Shown one piece after another: positions 1-13,083 of a DNA stretch of 64,000 bases. Each line of letters opens with the position of its first letter. Position 1 is the stretch's first letter. Source of the stretch: Octopus bimaculoides (lineage: Eukaryota); contig NC_068992.1 in the NCBI RefSeq assembly GCF_001194135.2, positions 57,020,819 to 57,084,818 of the forward strand, written 5' to 3'. A program made the translations under genes and the position numbers. Under the pieces are notes generated by a model, which was not told where the DNA came from, searched no databases, and worked only from the letters and a program-made list of their open reading frames with translations.

Positions 1-265
1 AAAATAAGTATTAGACTAAACAAGAAATTAAGCACTGAGATGAAGTTATTCAATAAACATCTACTAGACGGTGTTCCACCATTGGCGCAGTCCACTGAAA
101 CAAAGGCATGGCTGTGTAGTAAAAAGATTGCTTCCCAACGACATGGTTCCGGGTTCAGTTCCACTGTGTGGCACCTTGGGCAAGTGTCTTCTACTATAGC
201 CTTGAGCTAACCAAAGCCTTGTGAGTGGATTTGATTGACGGAAACCGTAAGAAACAAGTCGTTTA
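1..265 (+). mobile_element. SINE family A: degenerate 3' end followed directly by a second copy's 5' head
   Basis: 103-265 matches the head of the copy at 20959 (ggctgtgtagt...ccacatggttccgggttcag...gcaccttgggcaagtgtcttctactatagcc) and runs into (TA)/(TG)n. 1-100 resembles the family's 3' end (ggtgttccaccattggcgcagtccactgaaaca). Confidence 0.75.
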
Positions 266-1321
266 TGTATATATATATATGTGTGTGTGTGTGTGCGTGT
301 GTGTGTGTGTGTGTGTGTGNNNNNNNNNNNNNNNNNNNNNNNNNNNNNNNNNNNNNNNNNNNNNNNNNNNNNNNNNNNNNNNNNNNNNNNNNNNNNNNNN
401 NNNNNNNNNNNNNNNNNNNNNNNNNNNNNNNNNNNNNNNNNNNNNNNNNNNNNNNNNNNNNNNNNNNNNNNNNNNNNNNNNNNNNNNNNNNNNNNNNNNN
501 NNNNNNNNNNNNNNNNNNNNNNNNNNNNNNNNNNNNNNNNNNNNNNNNNNNNNNNNNNNNNNNNNNNNNNNNNNNNNNNNNNNNNNNNNNNNNNNNNNNN
601 NNNNNNNNNNNNNNNNNNNNNNNNNNNNNNNNNNNNNNNNNNNNNNNNNNNNNNNNNNNNNNNNNNNNNNNNNNNNNNNNNNNNNNNNNNNNNNNNNNNN
701 NNNNNNNNNNNNNNNNNNNNNNNNNNNNNNNNNNNNNNNNNNNNNNNNNNNNNNNNNNNNNNNNNNNNNNNNNNNNNNNNNNNNNNNNNNNNNNNNNNNN
801 NNNNNNNNNNNNNNNNNNNNNNNNNNNNNNNNNNNNNNNNNNNNNNNNNNNNNNNNNNNNNNNNNNNNNNNNNNNNNNNNNNNNNNNNNNNNNNNNNNNN
901 NNNNTGTGTGTGTGTGTGTGTGTGTGTGTACGGGTGTTTTTATTATAAATTCATTGTATATCGCTGAACAATGTAAAAGTCGAAAATCCCGTGCTATTTG
1001 GACGAAATGCACTGTGTTAGAAATCTTCCTTTGGTTCGCTATAAACCAAGGAATGACTCGTTGTTAACTTGCGAATATATAAAGCTAAATAGAGTACAGC
1101 CAGGAGTTGTTCATTATCATTCTTAATAATCTTATAGACAGGATATCGACTAATCACACGGATTACGTTAACTGCTGTTTAAATAAATTAATCATGCTAA
1201 TTGGCAGAGTCTGTAGTTCATATATAGGTTGTAACAGTTGGACTCAAGTTATTGAATATGCTAGAACAGTGGTTTCCTTGAAACACTCTGTCATAGCAAT
1301 TTCCATTATTTTTGTCCGTTG

Positions 1322-1515
1322 AAAGGTTGAGAGCTGATAGTACCGTCAATATGTCGGGTATAATGCCTAGCGGCATTTCTTCCGGCTCTTTACGTTGTAT
1401 GTTCAAATTCAGCAGAGGTCGAGTTCGCCCTCCATCCTTTCGGGGTCGATGAAATTAAGTACTGCCGCCGATGTAATCGACTAGCTTCCTCACCCAAAAT
1501 TTCAGGCCATAGGGC
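1322..1515 (+). mobile_element. SINE family B, degenerate copy
   Basis: Contains gttcaaattc (B-box-like) ... ccatcctttcggggtcgatgaaattaagtac ... aaaatttcaggcc, matching the copy at 59137-59352. Confidence 0.75.
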
Positions 1516-1534
1516 CGATAATACGGTCTTATTT

Positions 1535-1680
1535 AAGGTGGCGAGCTAGCAGTATCGATAGCACGCTGGAAAAATTACTTATCGTTTTTTCGTCCGTCTA
1601 TACATTCTGAGTTCAAATTCTGTCGTGGTCGACTTTAACTTTCATCGTTTTGATGTCAATAAAATAAATGCTAGTTGAGC
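1535..1680 (+). mobile_element. SINE family B, 5' part, tandem to previous copy
   Basis: aaggtggcgagctagcag...ttctgagttcaaattctgtcgtggtcgactttaactttcatc. Confidence 0.75.
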
Positions 1681-1866
1681 ATTGCGACGAAAGGAAAGTG
1701 TTAATTTCGGCACACTGTTGTATTATCAACTGAAGCTTTGCAAAATCAGCGACAGAAATAAAGAAATTTTGATTAAATTTGCTAGAAAATGCCATGAGTA
1801 TATTTTTCTTGCATGAATGCTTTATTGCATTAACATGGCAGAAAGAGAAACAAATGATAGAGCCGA

Positions 1867-1910
<44 letters not shown>

Positions 1911-2116
1911 GTGAGTGTGTGTATATGTATATGCTTGTGTGTGTGCGTGCATGCATGTGTATATGAATGTATGTATATGTTTGTGTGTATGTGTGTGTAT
2001 GTGCGTGTGTTTATATAAGTTAAAATACATAATTAAATGCATAAATAATGTTATTTTAATGAATGAAATACGAGTGGGCAGCTTGGCATACTTGTAAACA
2101 TGGTTGGAACACCGTG

Positions 2117-2220
2117 TTTCATCAACACCATCACCATCACCATTATCATCATATTCACGTCCACCACCACCACCAACAACAACAACTACAACAACAACAA
2201 CAAAAAACAACAACAGCAGT
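2117..2220. repeat. Compound (CAC/CAT/CAA)n trinucleotide microsatellite
   Basis: Directly visible repeats. Confidence 0.9.
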
Positions 2221-2320
2221 ACCAAAATTAACATTAACAATCTCCTTACTATTATAAATTAAATTAATATTAACTACAGCTATATATATATATGTATATT
2301 AAATTATTATTAACTGTAAC

Positions 2321-2357
<37 letters not shown>

Positions 2358-2806
2358 GAAAAGTGATAGATAATATTAAAACCATTTACTAAATAGCTAT
2401 ACATTTTGTCGTAATTATTCTCCACCCACGAAATATCTGAGTTATAAACAACCATCCTCCAACTACAGTATCTACAAACAGTCAACTAACTAACACTACC
2501 AAAATATAAAAGTATACACCGGATATTAGAAAACATGTATGATATTCACCTGCGACACAAATATTCTCTCTCTAGCTTTCCAACACCTCCTAAATTAGAT
2601 ATTGGCCAAGAACAGTTCAAACTACAGAAACCTACAGCCTTTTATATACCTAGCTAAGTGATTATGCGTGTAATATTTTTGCTAATACAAACATAAATTA
2701 GTTTTGGTACCATCTCTTCTTCAAATCCATATTTTGTTTTACATACATGCAACCACATCCATACATGTGTAACCACCATTACATACGCACAGTTGCCAGT
2801 GAGAAA

Positions 2807-3664
2807 TATTAAGGCAAGTCAAAAGTTTTACAACATTTGCGTACGCGCTATTTTGCGGCATGTATATCACGTGACCGAAGCAGCACAAGCCGCGAAAGGT
2901 GTCCGCTTAGGTTGGTGGCATCGTGGTAGTTGGTGCATTGATATGCTCTGCATTGCTTCACTTCATCTCTGATTTGAAAGCCACGTAGATGAACGTGCAA
3001 CGCAGTCTAATTCGAGTCCCTATGCTTTTCGAGTTCGAACTACGCGCTGCCGCCACAGAAGCAACCAAAAGCTTTTGCTGTGCGAAAAGGGAAGTCGCAT
3101 TTGGTTACAATATAGTAACCAGATGGTTCAGGAAATTTCACTGGATTTGCAAGTAACTCAGCGATCAAGCAAGGTCAGGAATATCTAAAAACGTGGATTC
3201 CAAGGACGTGCTCCACGCCAAAGCAACAAATCCGAGGATTTGCACTTGGCGAGTATCAGAGGATGTATACAATTATGCGATAAAAATACGCAGCAATAGT
3301 TATTAGAAGGCGAGCCCTTCTGCAGCAAGCCAACGCAAGACCTAATACCATTCGAACGACCCAGAATAAACATCAGGAACTTCAGGGGATCGAACTGATG
3401 TCGCACACAGCACATAGATCCCTCAATTTAACTGCTTCCGTTCCATGATTCAATTCCTGCACCCAGGAGGAGATAGAAGCTTCAGTGAAGGAGTTCTTTG
3501 CCTTAAAGTACAAGAACTGGTGTGAGCATAGAATCAAAGAACTGGCAGAAAGGTGGCTTAATACGGTAGAACAATATAGCCTCTAATTTGAATACTAGGC
3601 TGCTTTTGTAGTATCTTGGCCAATAAAGGAAAAAGGTTACCAAAATATTGCCAATCTCAAAGTA
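2807..3664 (+). mobile_element. Internally deleted mariner (Tc1/mariner) remnant
   Basis: From ATG 2989: MNVQRSLIRVPMLFEFEL...VTRWFRKFHWICK*LSDQARSG (mariner HTH region, WF.KF..G and RSGRP-like motifs). Later QQANARPNTIRTTQNKHQELQGIELMSH (HDNARPH-like) and EEIEASVKEFFALKYKNWCEHRIKELAERWLNTVEQYSL (mariner C-terminus). Stops and frameshifts present. Confidence 0.85.
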
Positions 3665-6600
3665 ATACTTATTTATACATTTATTCGTGTATATAAACAC
3701 GTACATAGGCACACGCATGCACGAATATATATATATAGGATTTAAACATCCCCTGGTTGCTTGGATGCTTCAGATTACCCCTGAAGGATTGAGGCAAACC
3801 TATCATTTANNNNNNNNNNNNNNNNNNNNNNNNNNNNNNNNNNNNNNNNNNNNNNNNNNNNNNNNNNNNNNNNNNNNNNNNNNNNNNNNNNNNNNNNNNN
3901 NNNNNNNNNNNNNNNNNNNNNNNNNNNNNNNNNNNNNNNNNNNNNNNNNNNNNNNNNNNNNNNNNNNNNNNNNNNNNNNNNNNNNNNNNNNNNNNNNNNN
4001 NNNNNNNNNNNNNNNNNNNNNNNNNNNNNNNNNNNNNNNNNNNNNNNNNNNNNNNNNNNNNNNNNNNNNNNNNNNNNNNNNNNNNNNNNNNNNNNNNNNN
4101 NNNNNNNNNNNNNNNNNNNNNNNNNNNNNNNNNNNNNNNNNNNNNNNNNNNNNNNNNNNNNNNNNNNNNNNNNNNNNNNNNNNNNNNNNNNNNNNNNNNN
4201 NNNNNNNNNNNNNNNNNNNNNNNNNNNNNNNNNNNNNNNNNNNNNNNNNNNNNNNNNNNNNNNNNNNNNNNNNNNNNNNNNNNNNNNNNNNNNNNNNNNN
4301 NNNNNNNNNNNNNNNNNNNNNNNNNNNNNNNNNNNNNNNNNNNNNNNNNNNNNNNNNNNNNNNNNNNNNNNNNNNNNNNNNNNNNNNNNNNNNNNNNNNN
4401 NNNNNNNNNNNNNNNNNNNNNNNNNNNNNNNNNNNNNNNNNNNNNNNNNNNNNNNNNNNNNNNNNNNNNNNNNNNNNNNNNNNNNNNNNNNNNNNNNNNN
4501 NNNNNNNNNNNNNNNNNNNNNNNNNNNNNNNNNNNNNNNNNNNNNNNNNNNNNNNNNNNNNNNNNNNNNNNNNNNNNNNNNNNNNNNNNNNNNNNNNNNN
4601 NNNNNNNNNNNNNNNNNNNNNNNNNNNNNNNNNNNNNNNNNNNNNNNNNNNNNNNNNNNNNNNNNNNNNNNNNNNNNNNNNNNNNNNNNNNNNNNNNNNN
4701 NNNNNNNNNNNNNNNNNNNNNNNNNNNNNNNNNNNNNNNNNNNNNNNNNNNNNNNNNNNNNNNNNNNNNNNNNNNNNNNNNNNNTATATATATATATATA
4801 TATATATATTATCGTGCAGTAGAATAGTTACTTGGTTTCGTTATACAGCCTGCTAGTCATCTCTGATGATATCGGTCGGCAAATATATATGTATCTACTC
4901 TGCAATGTACATCGGGTTTTATATCAGTTAATGCTTTTTCTGTTGTACGACACAGGACCATATATATCTAAGACTCTCAACATTATCATGAATATGTTTA
5001 TACACATATATGTGTATATGTGTGAGTGTGTGATTTTGTGTATTTGACTCTGTGTGTCTATGAGTTTATTTTTTTTAACGTCATCGTGTCTTTGCAGGAT
5101 ATTCGACTTACGCTTACACACGCTACGTCCCTCTGTATAAAAAGAAAATTAAATAAGCCTTTCGATAAATAGCAATCGTTAAAATGATTATCAGACTTGA
5201 ATAAGTTTCTGCGTTGAAACAATTGACTAGAAATGCTTAACGTTTGCGTTCCAGCACGACCGCAGTCTACTGACTGAAACTAGTCAGTGAAGTAATCTGG
5301 TATGTACGAGTACAACAGATTTTCAAAGGGAGTAGATAGACAGGGAATGCTGAATGTATCAGTGTTATTCAAAATGATTTTATGTTAATTTTTATAAATT
5401 ATTGTTGTCATTACAATATACGCACGAATACTATAAACTTGTGTTGGCAAGACAGAAACTGTGTGGAAGCCGGTCGATGGACTATACCTATTCTTGGGCG
5501 GTATTTGATAGACGTAACCCGTTGCCCGGTTGAATACTATCACTTGGTTCTTAAGTTTGCTCTGTTGCCTGCATTTCAACCATATCGGCTGTTTGAGATC
5601 GTTTTCCTCCCTTTCTTTCTTCAGAATCGAGGATCCTGAAAATCGCCTGAACTACTTCTTATAAATAATTTTCAAATTAAATTTTTAAAAAAATGTTGTT
5701 TCCTCTCCTCTCATTATGTCGCTTCAGTGAAAAGTGAATTTAAAAACAAACAATTTTTTTTCATTCAGAAAAGCTAGATTACAATCGCTCTACTATATTT
5801 TAAGCTGTGGTGTTTATGAATTCTCTTGGTGCCAACGAATGTACTTTAACTTTTTTTTTTCCTGTTTTTTTTTTTTCGTTTTGACTCAAATTTGAAATGA
5901 AAATGTGTATATATATATTTTTTTGAGATTACATTAAGTAAAATGTGTAAAACCAGTTGTTGGTAGATCTCTTTTGGTAAAAACATTGATAATAATTTTG
6001 AGAAAAAATATATTTGTGTTATATAGTTGTATATTACTTATGAAGGATATTACGACCGGCTTTAAGGATATACAAAATATAATTCATTGAGGATCATACT
6101 GGATCCATCTCATTCAATTTTCACCATTTTGTTTGTTTATGGAGGATTTATTTTATGCAGAAGTGTTCTATGCACGAAAAGAACTACCCGGAGATGAAAA
6201 AAAAATATATCTTTGCTATGTTGTCTGAATAACAAAAAGCTTCTCAATAAACACATTTTTTTATACGTATTTGTTTCTGAAATTTTTTGAAGTACTTTTG
6301 TTTACATATTTTAGACAATATTCATACAAATAAATATAGAAATTTACCTGGATTCGGATAAACCAAATAGCAATTAATTTTGTATAAATAATATTTATCT
6401 ATATCTTAGAAGGAAAGTTATTGCTTTCGATATTGTCTAAGTTATTTAAGAGGAGAATTTTTACAACAAATTCCATGAACACTGGATAAAGAAATAGGAC
6501 GTTATCTGAATTTGTATTTATATCAATAACCTACAAACATCTAGCGAATATTCGCCTTCAGAAAACCAATATTCGAACCTTACGACGTGTTATATTCTAT

Positions 6601-7139
6601 TTCTTATTTTCCACAAAATCCTCGTCTACGAAACTCGATAAACATTAGTTTAATATTGATTGATTTTGTGGAAGCTTCGTATATTTACTCATTGGCTGAA
6701 CAGAAAGCTAGGCTGTTCACTCAATACTATATTTCAGCAAGAGACTGTTGGTGGATTATATCTTCCAGGCAGATTTATATATTGGCTTCAGTAAGCTGCT
6801 AATTGAATTGCAGGACAGTTTTCACACACCAATCAATTGTGTAGTTTCATTTTATTATCTATATTTTTTCCTGTACATCAAATACAAATTCAATATCCAT
6901 TTCATTTCATCTAATAAATCTAAATTCAAATTATTATTGAGTCATATTTTGGAGACTTATCACTAATATACCACACGAACTAAACAATATATAGTTTTCC
7001 TTAAAAGAGTTATTACATATGGTAAGTGATATATGAAGAACAAATAAAAAGAATAAAGCTCCTGGTATTTGAAATGGACAAAATATTTCACAAAAGCGAG
7101 CTTATTAGAAATATATTACACGTCAAAGAAACAGACTAC

Positions 7140-7194
7140 ACATGTGTGTGAGTAGATACATACATATATACATACATACATACATACATATATA

Positions 7195-7273
<79 letters not shown>

Positions 7274-7439
7274 AGATGCATACATATATACATATATATG
7301 TACATATATATATACATATACATGTATACACATATATATACATATTTATATTCATGTATGCACATATATATTTATAAATATATATACATACACATTTATA
7401 GATACATACATATACACATACATATATACATATGTGTGC

Positions 7440-7478
<39 letters not shown>

Positions 7479-7500
7479 CATATATACATATGTGTGCATG

Positions 7501-7532
<32 letters not shown>

Positions 7533-7533
7533 T
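7140..7533. repeat. Compound (TA)n/(CA)n/(ATAC)n microsatellite
   Basis: Directly visible; source of the YI/CV pseudo-ORFs. Confidence 0.95.
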
Positions 7534-8992
7534 GACATTAGTGGTTGGGACTAACTTCAACTCAAAAATAAAGATTTATAACTAAGGTCTCATTGATAAA
7601 CATTTCGTACTCAATCCCTAGTACATATAGTTATTTGATAGAAATAACTTGAATATTATAAGTACCAGTCCTGCATGAAAATGAAAGATTTAATAAAAAG
7701 ATGCCCTGCAAAATAGTGTAAATTTGTGTTGTAGTAACAAAGATTTATAGTCTCTGAATCAATTTTGCAATGCTGATGTAATTTCTGCGTAGACAGCGAA
7801 TATTATATTTCAAAAATGGTGGAGTGTAAATTCAAAATTCTAATATAGTTAAATCAAATTTCTTTGTTCAGGAGTATACATATTCAAGACGGAACAAACA
7901 TACCAAGTTAAAGATAGAGGTTGAATGACTGGAATTAATTTTGGCATCAAAGGGATAATGCTGAAAGAGGGCAATCTAACACAAATTAGCAAAATGACGC
8001 ATAAGTAATTTAAAAGTATAAGCGTTAGGCTAGGCAACCTCTAATTTACGCACTTCACAGACTACTTTTCGTAAGAAACTAGAAAATGTAGGACCAACTC
8101 GTTAATGAAGTTATTTCATCTCCGAGAATAAGAACATCTGAATTTCCTGTACACCCAAACTTACAGAAATTTAAATTAACAATGTGAGGAATCATTTGTC
8201 TCTTCTACGGAAGTTAAACATCTAATCATAATTATAATCATAATTATGCTCAATCGAGGAAGACTTGAAGAAAAAGTATATTTATTCAAGTGTTAAGATG
8301 GTATTGTTGGCGTAAATGAATACTTGGCAATAAAATAATATTTAATTTCAGCACAAGGCCACAAGTTGTGGGCAAAGGTATTCCACTACTACTTAACTTC
8401 CAATTATAAAATCCACACCAAGTATAGCGGTTTCCGGAAACAGAATATAAAAAGGTGTAACTGAATACAAGTAAGGCTCTTTAGCTTTTTCCGCTATTTA
8501 TATATGCAAAATAATCCTACATCTTTCTTCTAAATTCAAATGATAGCTCATTTGAACTATGTACTGTTTAGCTCAAACATCTGATAACAAATATAAAGCT
8601 TAGTATTTCTTTAAATATGCTTTCAAGTATAGATTATAACTAATTGTCTACAATATAAAAATGTTCATGAGTTTTATTTTGCATATTATTATCTATAACG
8701 ATAACATTTTATTTCATAATTTCACCTATATCTGATGTTTCTCCTGTCTCAGTTTACGTGAATTTACGGAATTATCATTTGTACAAAAGTTCAAATTTTT
8801 GCTTTACCCCGTATTGAACTCACGAATAAAAAGATATCAAATGATCTGAATGTTAGTGCTGTCCAGAAAACTGTTTCAATTTCGTCAGACAGTTCGTAAT
8901 AGGAATTTGTCGGTGGATTGCATATACCTTGTGTCTAACATTTCGAACTGATCATACGATTTATCGTCTTTATGTTGTGTCGCCACTTAATT

Positions 8993-9061
8993 CTAGGAGT
9001 ACCAAGCAATTGCAGCTGCCACAAACAGTAAAATAGTCGGGATAATTCCCCAGGCTGAACC
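8993..9061 (-). CDS. Candidate terminal coding exon encoding a GPI-signal-like or hydrophobic C-terminus
   Basis: Long polypyrimidine acceptor (ttcttactttttatactatttccgtgtattttccgtag|). Phase-0 translation is GSAWGIIPTILLFVAAAIAWYS*. No homology recognised, and the other two frames are also open for 30-41 codons. Confidence 0.35.
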   Translation of the reverse strand, partial: GSAWGIIPTILLFVAAAIAWYS

Positions 9062-9499
9062 CTACGGAAAATACACGGAAATAGTATAAAAAGTAAGAAC
9101 ATTGCAATTTATAATGTTTTATCAATATCTGGTATCAAAGAGAATATACTGAATGTTTGGACAGAAGAATTTACTGCAGATCATTAAAAGCAATTGGTCG
9201 AAAACATGACTGATCATTCAATAGAGCATCGACTTCTGACCATATTGCTGTTGTATTGGAGAAAAGCGGTTATTATAGAAACTATCGAATAGTATAATAT
9301 TGATATTTGTATGTTTGTAAAATACTTCCAGGCGATATGATAACTTCATTACGACGCTTATTCCTTGTTTTCCTTCAGATCATCAAATACACTATAAAAC
9401 ATTATTTGACCGATGCATTCACACTTTAGATCATAAATGTACAATACTGGTACTTAGTATATCAAATACATAGTAATGAATTGCAAAGTTAATACCAGC

Positions 9500-9800
9500 A
9501 ACCTTTCAAAAAGAGATGTTTCACAAATTGGCAAGTGGCTCCCCTCTTCGTTGGTGGTAATGTATTCAGTCATTTTTGGACGAATATATCTCTAGTGAAC
9601 TCTACTTTGGTTGCAGCATATTCAAGGGGTGCTCGCAAGACTTACAAATCTCACAATGGACGAGCTGTGAAGACTAGATCATCGGCATAATTAAGGTCAG
9701 AGAGAGGCAGACTCTGTTGATGCCTTGATAACATCTAACTTCATACAGATGTTGTAGACTTAAGGTCACAAACAACTCATCTACGAAATTACGGGCTAAA
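9500..9800 (-). mobile_element. LINE reverse transcriptase remnant (RTE-like)
   Basis: Minus-strand translation LSDLNYADDLVFTA (YADD catalytic motif) followed by PLEYAATKVEF; stops present. Confidence 0.75.
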
Positions 9801-10519
9801 ACGTACATTTACAAGGTTTCAATCGATGTAGAATAGATAACTTATGACAAATGGGAAGCAGAAGTGTAAAAGATAATTCCTATAAAGCAAATAATTCTCG
9901 TCGGTAAGATTAATTTTTGCGCACCAGTTTCGACGCTATTACTTCGTGCTTGTGTACCTTTATCAGGTTCTTCTCTATTGCTAACAGTCAAGCCAAATCT
10001 TTTAACTGAGGGTAACTCGATATTTTGAAGCGCTGATTTTTACGACTGAAGTCAAGCAAGAAGTTTTGGACCCCACTCTATACTCCTAACTTTAAAATAA
10101 ACATAATTATTATATGTATACTGTCAATTTTGTTATTGTAAATAGAATTTCAAAATATCTTTCGGCTCACTCATAAACTTGACCTTTCGTTTCTGTATAT
10201 TAACCGACATTTTTATTAGCCTATTTGTCATTTCGATTTGGCCTCAAGCAAAAAGTGCTTTCCATCGCTTCTATAGTATGTGCCTGTTGCAGATTCGTTG
10301 CATTAAAAATGGTTATTCACTATATCTTTTATATACACATATTTATATCAGTATCAAAGTATCGCTAGAGGCAGATACCTGTAATCAGTAAAAATATATA
10401 TATATACATAGCCAGCCAAACACACTTATGTGTGTATCTCTTTCTTTCTCTCTCCTTCTCTCTCTCTTTCTCTCTGTCATCTAAACTACGCAAGAATGAA
10501 AATCTGAATCTCATTTTAA

Positions 10520-11349
10520 CAGATATATTTACGTAAATTACATACAAATATCTTGAAATACTAAAGAGTAAATTTATTCAATGAAATCGCCATTTACTTC
10601 AACCACGGCCTCCACACGACTTCAGAATCTCCTGCAAATCTTTTGGGCGGTTTCCTTGTTTAAGTTGGTGAATATTACTATAATCCTTGCCTTCAGTTCA
10701 TCTTTGGTGTTACAAGGAGTTTTGTTGGTCTCTCTCTCAAATGTGCTCCACACATAATAATCAAGAGGGTTGCAGTCTGGGGAGTTAGGTGGCCAGATGT
10801 TAGGGATGATGTGGCCACAGAAATTGTCTGACTGCTTGTGTGGTATGGTGCAGAGTCCTGTTGCCAGACATAGGGTCTTCCTGCAGCCACCCTCTTGATC
10901 AAGGGAAGTACTACCTCCTCCAGGTACTTGATGTTGGACTGAATATTTGATTTTTTATCACTCTCTGTACATGTCCGCAGATTGCACTGTCCTCAGTTTG
11001 ATACCCAAACACTCTGAAATGTTCGTATTGGAGCTTTCCAAATTTCTGACGGAGTGAATTGCGTCATGGTTCTGTTTTTCTCACAGACGGTGCCCAAATG
11101 ACCCTACTATACTCTATAGTTGACAAAATAAATAAAAAACAAAGCGCATGCACGAAATTAAAAGTATACACCGATGGTTCCGTAGGAATTGAGTGCAAAC
11201 AGACCTGACAACTCTAAAATTCATGAACGAATTTTGATATAATTTTAGTAGGATGTTCCTAGGGTATTTTTTCAACCTAACCTATGAAAATTATAAAAGT
11301 ACACTTAATATCTTTATAGGTATATGGGTTCAAATTCGTAGTGAATCTG
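10520..11349 (-). mobile_element. Internally deleted DD37D/maT-like Tc1/mariner remnant
   Basis: YLEEVVLPLIKRVAAGRPYVWQQDSAPYH, then WPPNSPDCNPLDYYVWSTFERETNKTPCNTKDELKARI...SRVEAVVEVNGDFIE*. The QQDSAP.H and SPD.NPLDY motifs are those I recall for maT. TIRs not confidently matched. Confidence 0.8.
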
Positions 11350-12010
11350 ACAACAAACCACATCTCATCATACTACCTGAACTCAATGACCTAGTTCGTG
11401 ATCTAACACTTACTAAGTAACAAAGTGAAGTCCTGGCCTCACATCTGCAACAATGGAACCTGTTGGATAAAGATGCTCCAATTACAGTGTTTAGGAAGTG
11501 TTTTGCAGATCTACAGCAATTCTTCACTTTGGAAAACAACTTGACTTATTGGATTGATATCAGAGACCTATTCAATGCCCTTGAGCTGAACTATGAACCA
11601 AATGAATGGGGGTTATTCATAGATACATCCCTTTACAGCATAACAGCGGTTCTGTTGTACATTGGGAACATCATGCATTCAGTTCCAATTGCTCACTCAA
11701 TCATTTTAAGAGAGACATATGAGAACCGCCCTTCTATTCTAGACCGCATAAGTTACAAACAGCATGTGCGAACTTGAAAGTAGTAGCACTACTTAATGGG
11801 CTACAAATTGGCAACACCAAGTCTATGTGCTTCCTTTGCAAGTGGGACAGTAGGGCCATATAAGAACTGTATGTATGCTCAGAATGGCCACCACAGGAAA
11901 CTATGTAAATCACGAGCCACTAGTTTATGGGAAAATCATTTTGCCAGCACTGCATATAAACCTAGGCCTAATGAAGCGATTTGCCAAAGCACTGCAACAT
12001 GACAATCCAC
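11350..12010 (+). mobile_element. DDE transposase remnant, Chapaev3-like (CMC)
   Basis: PHLIILPELNDLVRDLTLTK*QSEVLASHLQQWNLL, EWGLFIDTSLYSITAVLLYIGN..SVPIAHS, and HEPLVYGKIILPALHINLGLMKRFAKAL. These match a widespread invertebrate transposase family (WRLFIDSS, LPPLHIKLGLMK) that I recall as Chapaev3; the family name is less certain than the transposase call. Confidence 0.65.
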
Positions 12011-12168
12011 GTTTCTGTCCCCGTCACTTAGCGGTTCGGCAAAAGAGACCGATAGAATAAGTACTAGGCTTACAAAGAATAAGTCCCGGGTCGATTTGTT
12101 CGACTAAAGGCAGTACTCCAGCATGGCCGCAGTCAAATGACTGAAACAAGTAAAAGAGTAAAAGAATA
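12011..12168 (+). mobile_element. SINE family A, 5'-truncated (3' half only)
   Basis: Near-identical to 21287-21437; begins exactly where the Chapaev-like frame stops. Confidence 0.9.
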
Positions 12169-12179
12169 TATGAAGGTAT

Positions 12180-12275
12180 TTGGCCTAGGTCTTAATCGTG
12201 TGTTAGAGTCGTTAGGTCGTGGTTACGATTCGCAGACCGGCTGCGCCTTGTTGTTGCGCAAAACACATCATTTAT
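12180..12275 (+). mobile_element. SINE family C head (degenerate)
   Basis: tRNA-like head ending agaccggctg...aaacacatcattt, shared with 23135-23230 (agactggctg...aaacacttcattt). Confidence 0.5.
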
Positions 12276-12289
12276 ATATACATGTATGT

Positions 12290-12336
<47 letters not shown>

Positions 12337-12449
12337 NNNNNNNNNNNNNNNNNNNNNNNNNNNNNNNNNNNNNNNNNNNNNNNNNNNNNNNNNNNNNNNN
12401 NNNNNNNNNNNNNNNNNNNNNNNNNNNNNNNNNNNNNNNNNNNNNNNNN

Positions 12450-12507
<58 letters not shown>

Positions 12508-12925
12508 AGTATGTATGTATACACACACATGTATATATACATGCATATATACAAATATGTATACATACCTGTATATACAAATATATAATATCCATGTGTG
12601 TATAATGTATACGTGTTCGTGTTTCTACATACATTGAAACGCTTTACAGTTTTACAACTAAGCCACTGTTGGACCTGCAGCAATTTTAAATGCTAAACAT
12701 TTTCAAAGGATTTCTATCTTAAGAACAACAGGAACCTAACTGCAATAACTCGTTGTCGCTCGATAGAATTCACGTTCTTACTTTACGTTTGAATTCTTAG
12801 AGACCGCTGAAGCCTTAGGTGACGTCATATGTTTTAATGTAGAACTAGAAGCAAAGATATAAAACCGCCATATTGATTGTGCAAGTTTACTTAGAATATT
12901 GCGCTCTCTGATTCCGCATCGTCGA

Positions 12926-13083
12926 TTATCGTGAGACCGGATTGGAATGACCTTCAACCACGTCAATGGGTTCATTTCTATCCCAAAGCATTGAATCTGG
13001 AGCCTTCACTTGCGTATATACAGATACATGAAGCCATTTGTTTTTATGAGTGCGAGCATGTAATATTCCAAATATATTTTTAC
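12926..13083 (-). CDS. Weak candidate exon
   Basis: Acceptor with branch-like motif (ttctaatctacag|). Open phase-1 frame (G)KNIFGILHARTHKNKWLHVSVYTQVKAPDSMLWDRNEPIDVVEGHSNPVSR*. No homology recognised. Confidence 0.2.

Noticed and set aside
2063-2257. Poly-His/poly-Gln ORFs here and at 33066-33367
   Set aside because: These are translations of trinucleotide microsatellites with no flanking domain or splice support.
5097-5155. Plus-strand acceptor followed by (G)YSTYAYTRYVPLYKKKIK*
   Set aside because: Short, no recognisable homology, and such acceptors are common in AT-rich DNA.
6739-6791. 53-nt plus-strand segment between tttcag and gtaagc (one frame gives RDCWWII, CUB-like)
   Set aside because: All three frames are open and the resemblance is only a few residues; there are no partner exons.
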